Source: Octopus vulgaris (lineage: Eukaryota). Taken from it: a DNA stretch of 64,000 nucleotides. The stretch spans positions 25,234,001 to 25,298,000 of the forward strand of contig OX597815.1 in assembly GCA_951406725.2 (NCBI GenBank), read 5' to 3'. The notes below the pieces were generated by a model. It made no database searches and had not been told where the DNA came from. It saw only the letters and a list, made by a program, of their open reading frames with translations. Below, one piece after another: positions 61,770 through 64,000 of this stretch (position 1 is its first letter; the number at the start of each line of letters is the position of its first letter). The position numbers and the translations under genes are program-made.

Positions 61770-63810
61770 ACCGGTGGACACCCATCTTAGAGGTAGAAAA
61801 ATTTGGTCCCATTCTCTGATTTGGGGAGCATGGGATGTGAGAACTTTGATGGACATACAAACTACATACCAACCTGAAAGGCGTGCTGCGCTTGTCTCCC
61901 AAGATCGCACCCACTTCAGTATTGAAGCTGCTCTGAGTAAAACTCATTTGTCTGGGGACAGCAGCATGAATGAAGTCAGCTACACATTTTGGAAAGGAAA
62001 GGATGCTAATGAACCGTGCTTCTATGGCCTTGGGATGGCTAAGAAACAACCTGACCCCAACATCAACAAGTAAACGTCTGATGTCCATCTGAATCTCAAC
62101 AAGACCTACCTTATACTGCGCTCAGTCTAAACTCCAACTTTAGACTCGGATGACAAAATTAAAAATGCTTTCTACGACTCCCAACGTTAACATTTGATTC
62201 AACATCCAAGTTGGTCAAGCTCACCATGTCTGGCAAGACATCCTCGGTAAACATGGGATTGGAAACTGTAATGCAAATAGATTCTTCTATCTTGGATTCT
62301 GTGCAGAAAACATCCTCTTCCATCTTCCACCACACCATAAAACAACCTGGTACCATTTGAGGTCAAAACACTGGCATATTTTGGATTTTGTGCTGACAAG
62401 GATCCAAGAAAAGAAGGACATGGTGATCACCAGATCCTTGCCAGGCACTGATGATTGCTGGACTAATCACTGGCTTGTGATCTCTCGTCCCAACTTTTCC
62501 ATCCGTCCACCCACTCAGTATCTGAACACTCAAAAGTGCACACTGAGGTATGACTGTTGCAAATTGAAGGACCCTGTAATATCACAAGCCTTTCAAGAAG
62601 CAGTTAACCAACATCTGAGGGACAGGCAGAATGGGAATCCTTCACTAAATGATTGGAACATGCTGTGTGATGCTATAACATCTGCTGCAGACAAGGTCAT
62701 CAGCTACTCAAAGCATCAGAACCATGACTGGTTTGCTGAAAACAATGAAGATATCAAACATCTGACCAATAAGAAAAAGAGTAGCAGAGTGGTTGTGTGG
62801 TAAGTAGCTTGTCTACCAACCACATGGTTCCGGGTTCAGTCCCACTGCGTGGCACCTTGGGCAAGTGTCTTCTACTATAGCCTCGGGCCGACCAAAGCCT
62901 TGTGAGTGGATTTGGTAGACGGAAACTGAAAGAAGCCCATCGTATATATGTGTATATATATATATATATATGCGCGTGTGTGTTTGTCCCCTAGCATTGC
63001 TTGACAACCGATGCTGATGTGTTTATATCCCTGTTACTTAGCGGTTCGGCAAAAGAGACCGATAGAATAAGTACTGGGCTTACAAAAGAATAAGACCCGG
63101 GGTCGAGTTGCTCGATTAAAGGCGGTGCTCCAGCATGGCCGCAGTCAAATGACTGAAACAAGTAAAAGAGTAAAAGAGTATATTGCTTTTGAAAACAACC
63201 CAGTGAGAAGCAACAAAAAATGCAGATGTGCCAAAGGAATCTCAGAGAAATCCAGACTCCTGGTAGCAAGCAATGACTACTGCAGGGACCAAGAGAGTTT
63301 AGGCCCCATCACGTCTCTACTAGTGCCTTGAAAACTGCTGCCAGCCAAACCCTTACCACAAAAGGGATCATGCATCATAAAAGAAAACATTTCCATCTTC
63401 TCCTGAACAGCCATTCTCAAACCACAGAAGACCTCTAGAAAAACACTCGGCAGTGACCTTTCATACTATGGAACACCAAGACCACTCCAGATGACTTCAA
63501 AAATACAAACATTGTTACCATCTTCAAGAAAGGAGACCTGTCAACATACAACAACTACAGCAGTGCCTCCCTGCTCAGCATTACCAATAAGATTTTCATC
63601 AGAATTTTCCTGGATCATCAGTTGGTTGTTGTGGAAGAAGTCCTCCCAGAATCTCAACGTAGTTTTTGGCAGTCACAAGGAGTGATTGACATGATCTCCT
63701 GTGTAAAGCAACTCCTTCTAAACAGGCTTGTGAACAGCAGCAGCCACTCTTCGTAATATTCTGGGACCTTCACAAAGCCTTTAACAAGGTTTCCCAACCA
63801 GTGATGTGGT
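61770..63810 (+). mobile_element. Degenerate BovB-like RTE LINE (endonuclease and start of RT) interrupted by a SINE; 5' UTR probably extends to about 61155
   Basis: GAWDVRTLMD...PERRAALVS...AALSKT...YTFWKGK and RSKHWHILDFVL...DCWTNHWLV are typical of the BovB-type APE endonuclease. Many stops and frameshifts. Confidence 0.85.
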
Positions 63811-64000
63811 CTAGAGCCTGGCTTCCAGACCCCAGTTGAACTGTCCAACCCATGCCAGCATGGAAAATTGACGTTAAACGATGATGATGATAATGATGCT
63901 GGACTTCTTTCAGTTTCCGTCAGCCAAATCCATAAGGCTTTGGTCGGCCCAGGGCTATAGTAAAAGACACTTGCTTTGGTTGCCCAACCACTTCATCAAC

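Overview
AT-rich, repeat-dense, intron-containing animal DNA. The tRNA-derived SINE families, long (TA)n/(TATG)n tracts and RTE LINEs suggest an octopus or other coleoid cephalopod (inference). Two convergent protein-coding genes can be spliced together by hand: the last four coding exons of cyclin K (CCNK, + strand, 453-7333) and a complete 8-coding-exon DAXX (- strand, 49293-20985, 816 aa by my exon sum). Upstream of DAXX lies a CpG/CGCG-rich region that looks like a bidirectional promoter and holds a probable non-coding first exon of a + strand gene. This region is tandemly duplicated (54934-56675 and 56676-60915), and the copies show reciprocal deletions, CpG decay and a 2.5 kb Helitron-type insertion. 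The rest is transposon-derived: three major SINE families, RTE LINEs (one family with a PHD finger inside the RT domain), piggyBac-type TTAA MITEs, several non-autonomous Helitron-type elements with empty sites visible in this window, and Tc1, Tc2/pogo, Merlin-like and CR1 relics. One RTE-type 5' derivative carries a partial HDV-like ribozyme signature. I saw no prokaryotic-type system (CRISPR, operon). All calls are by eye, without alignment or database searches.
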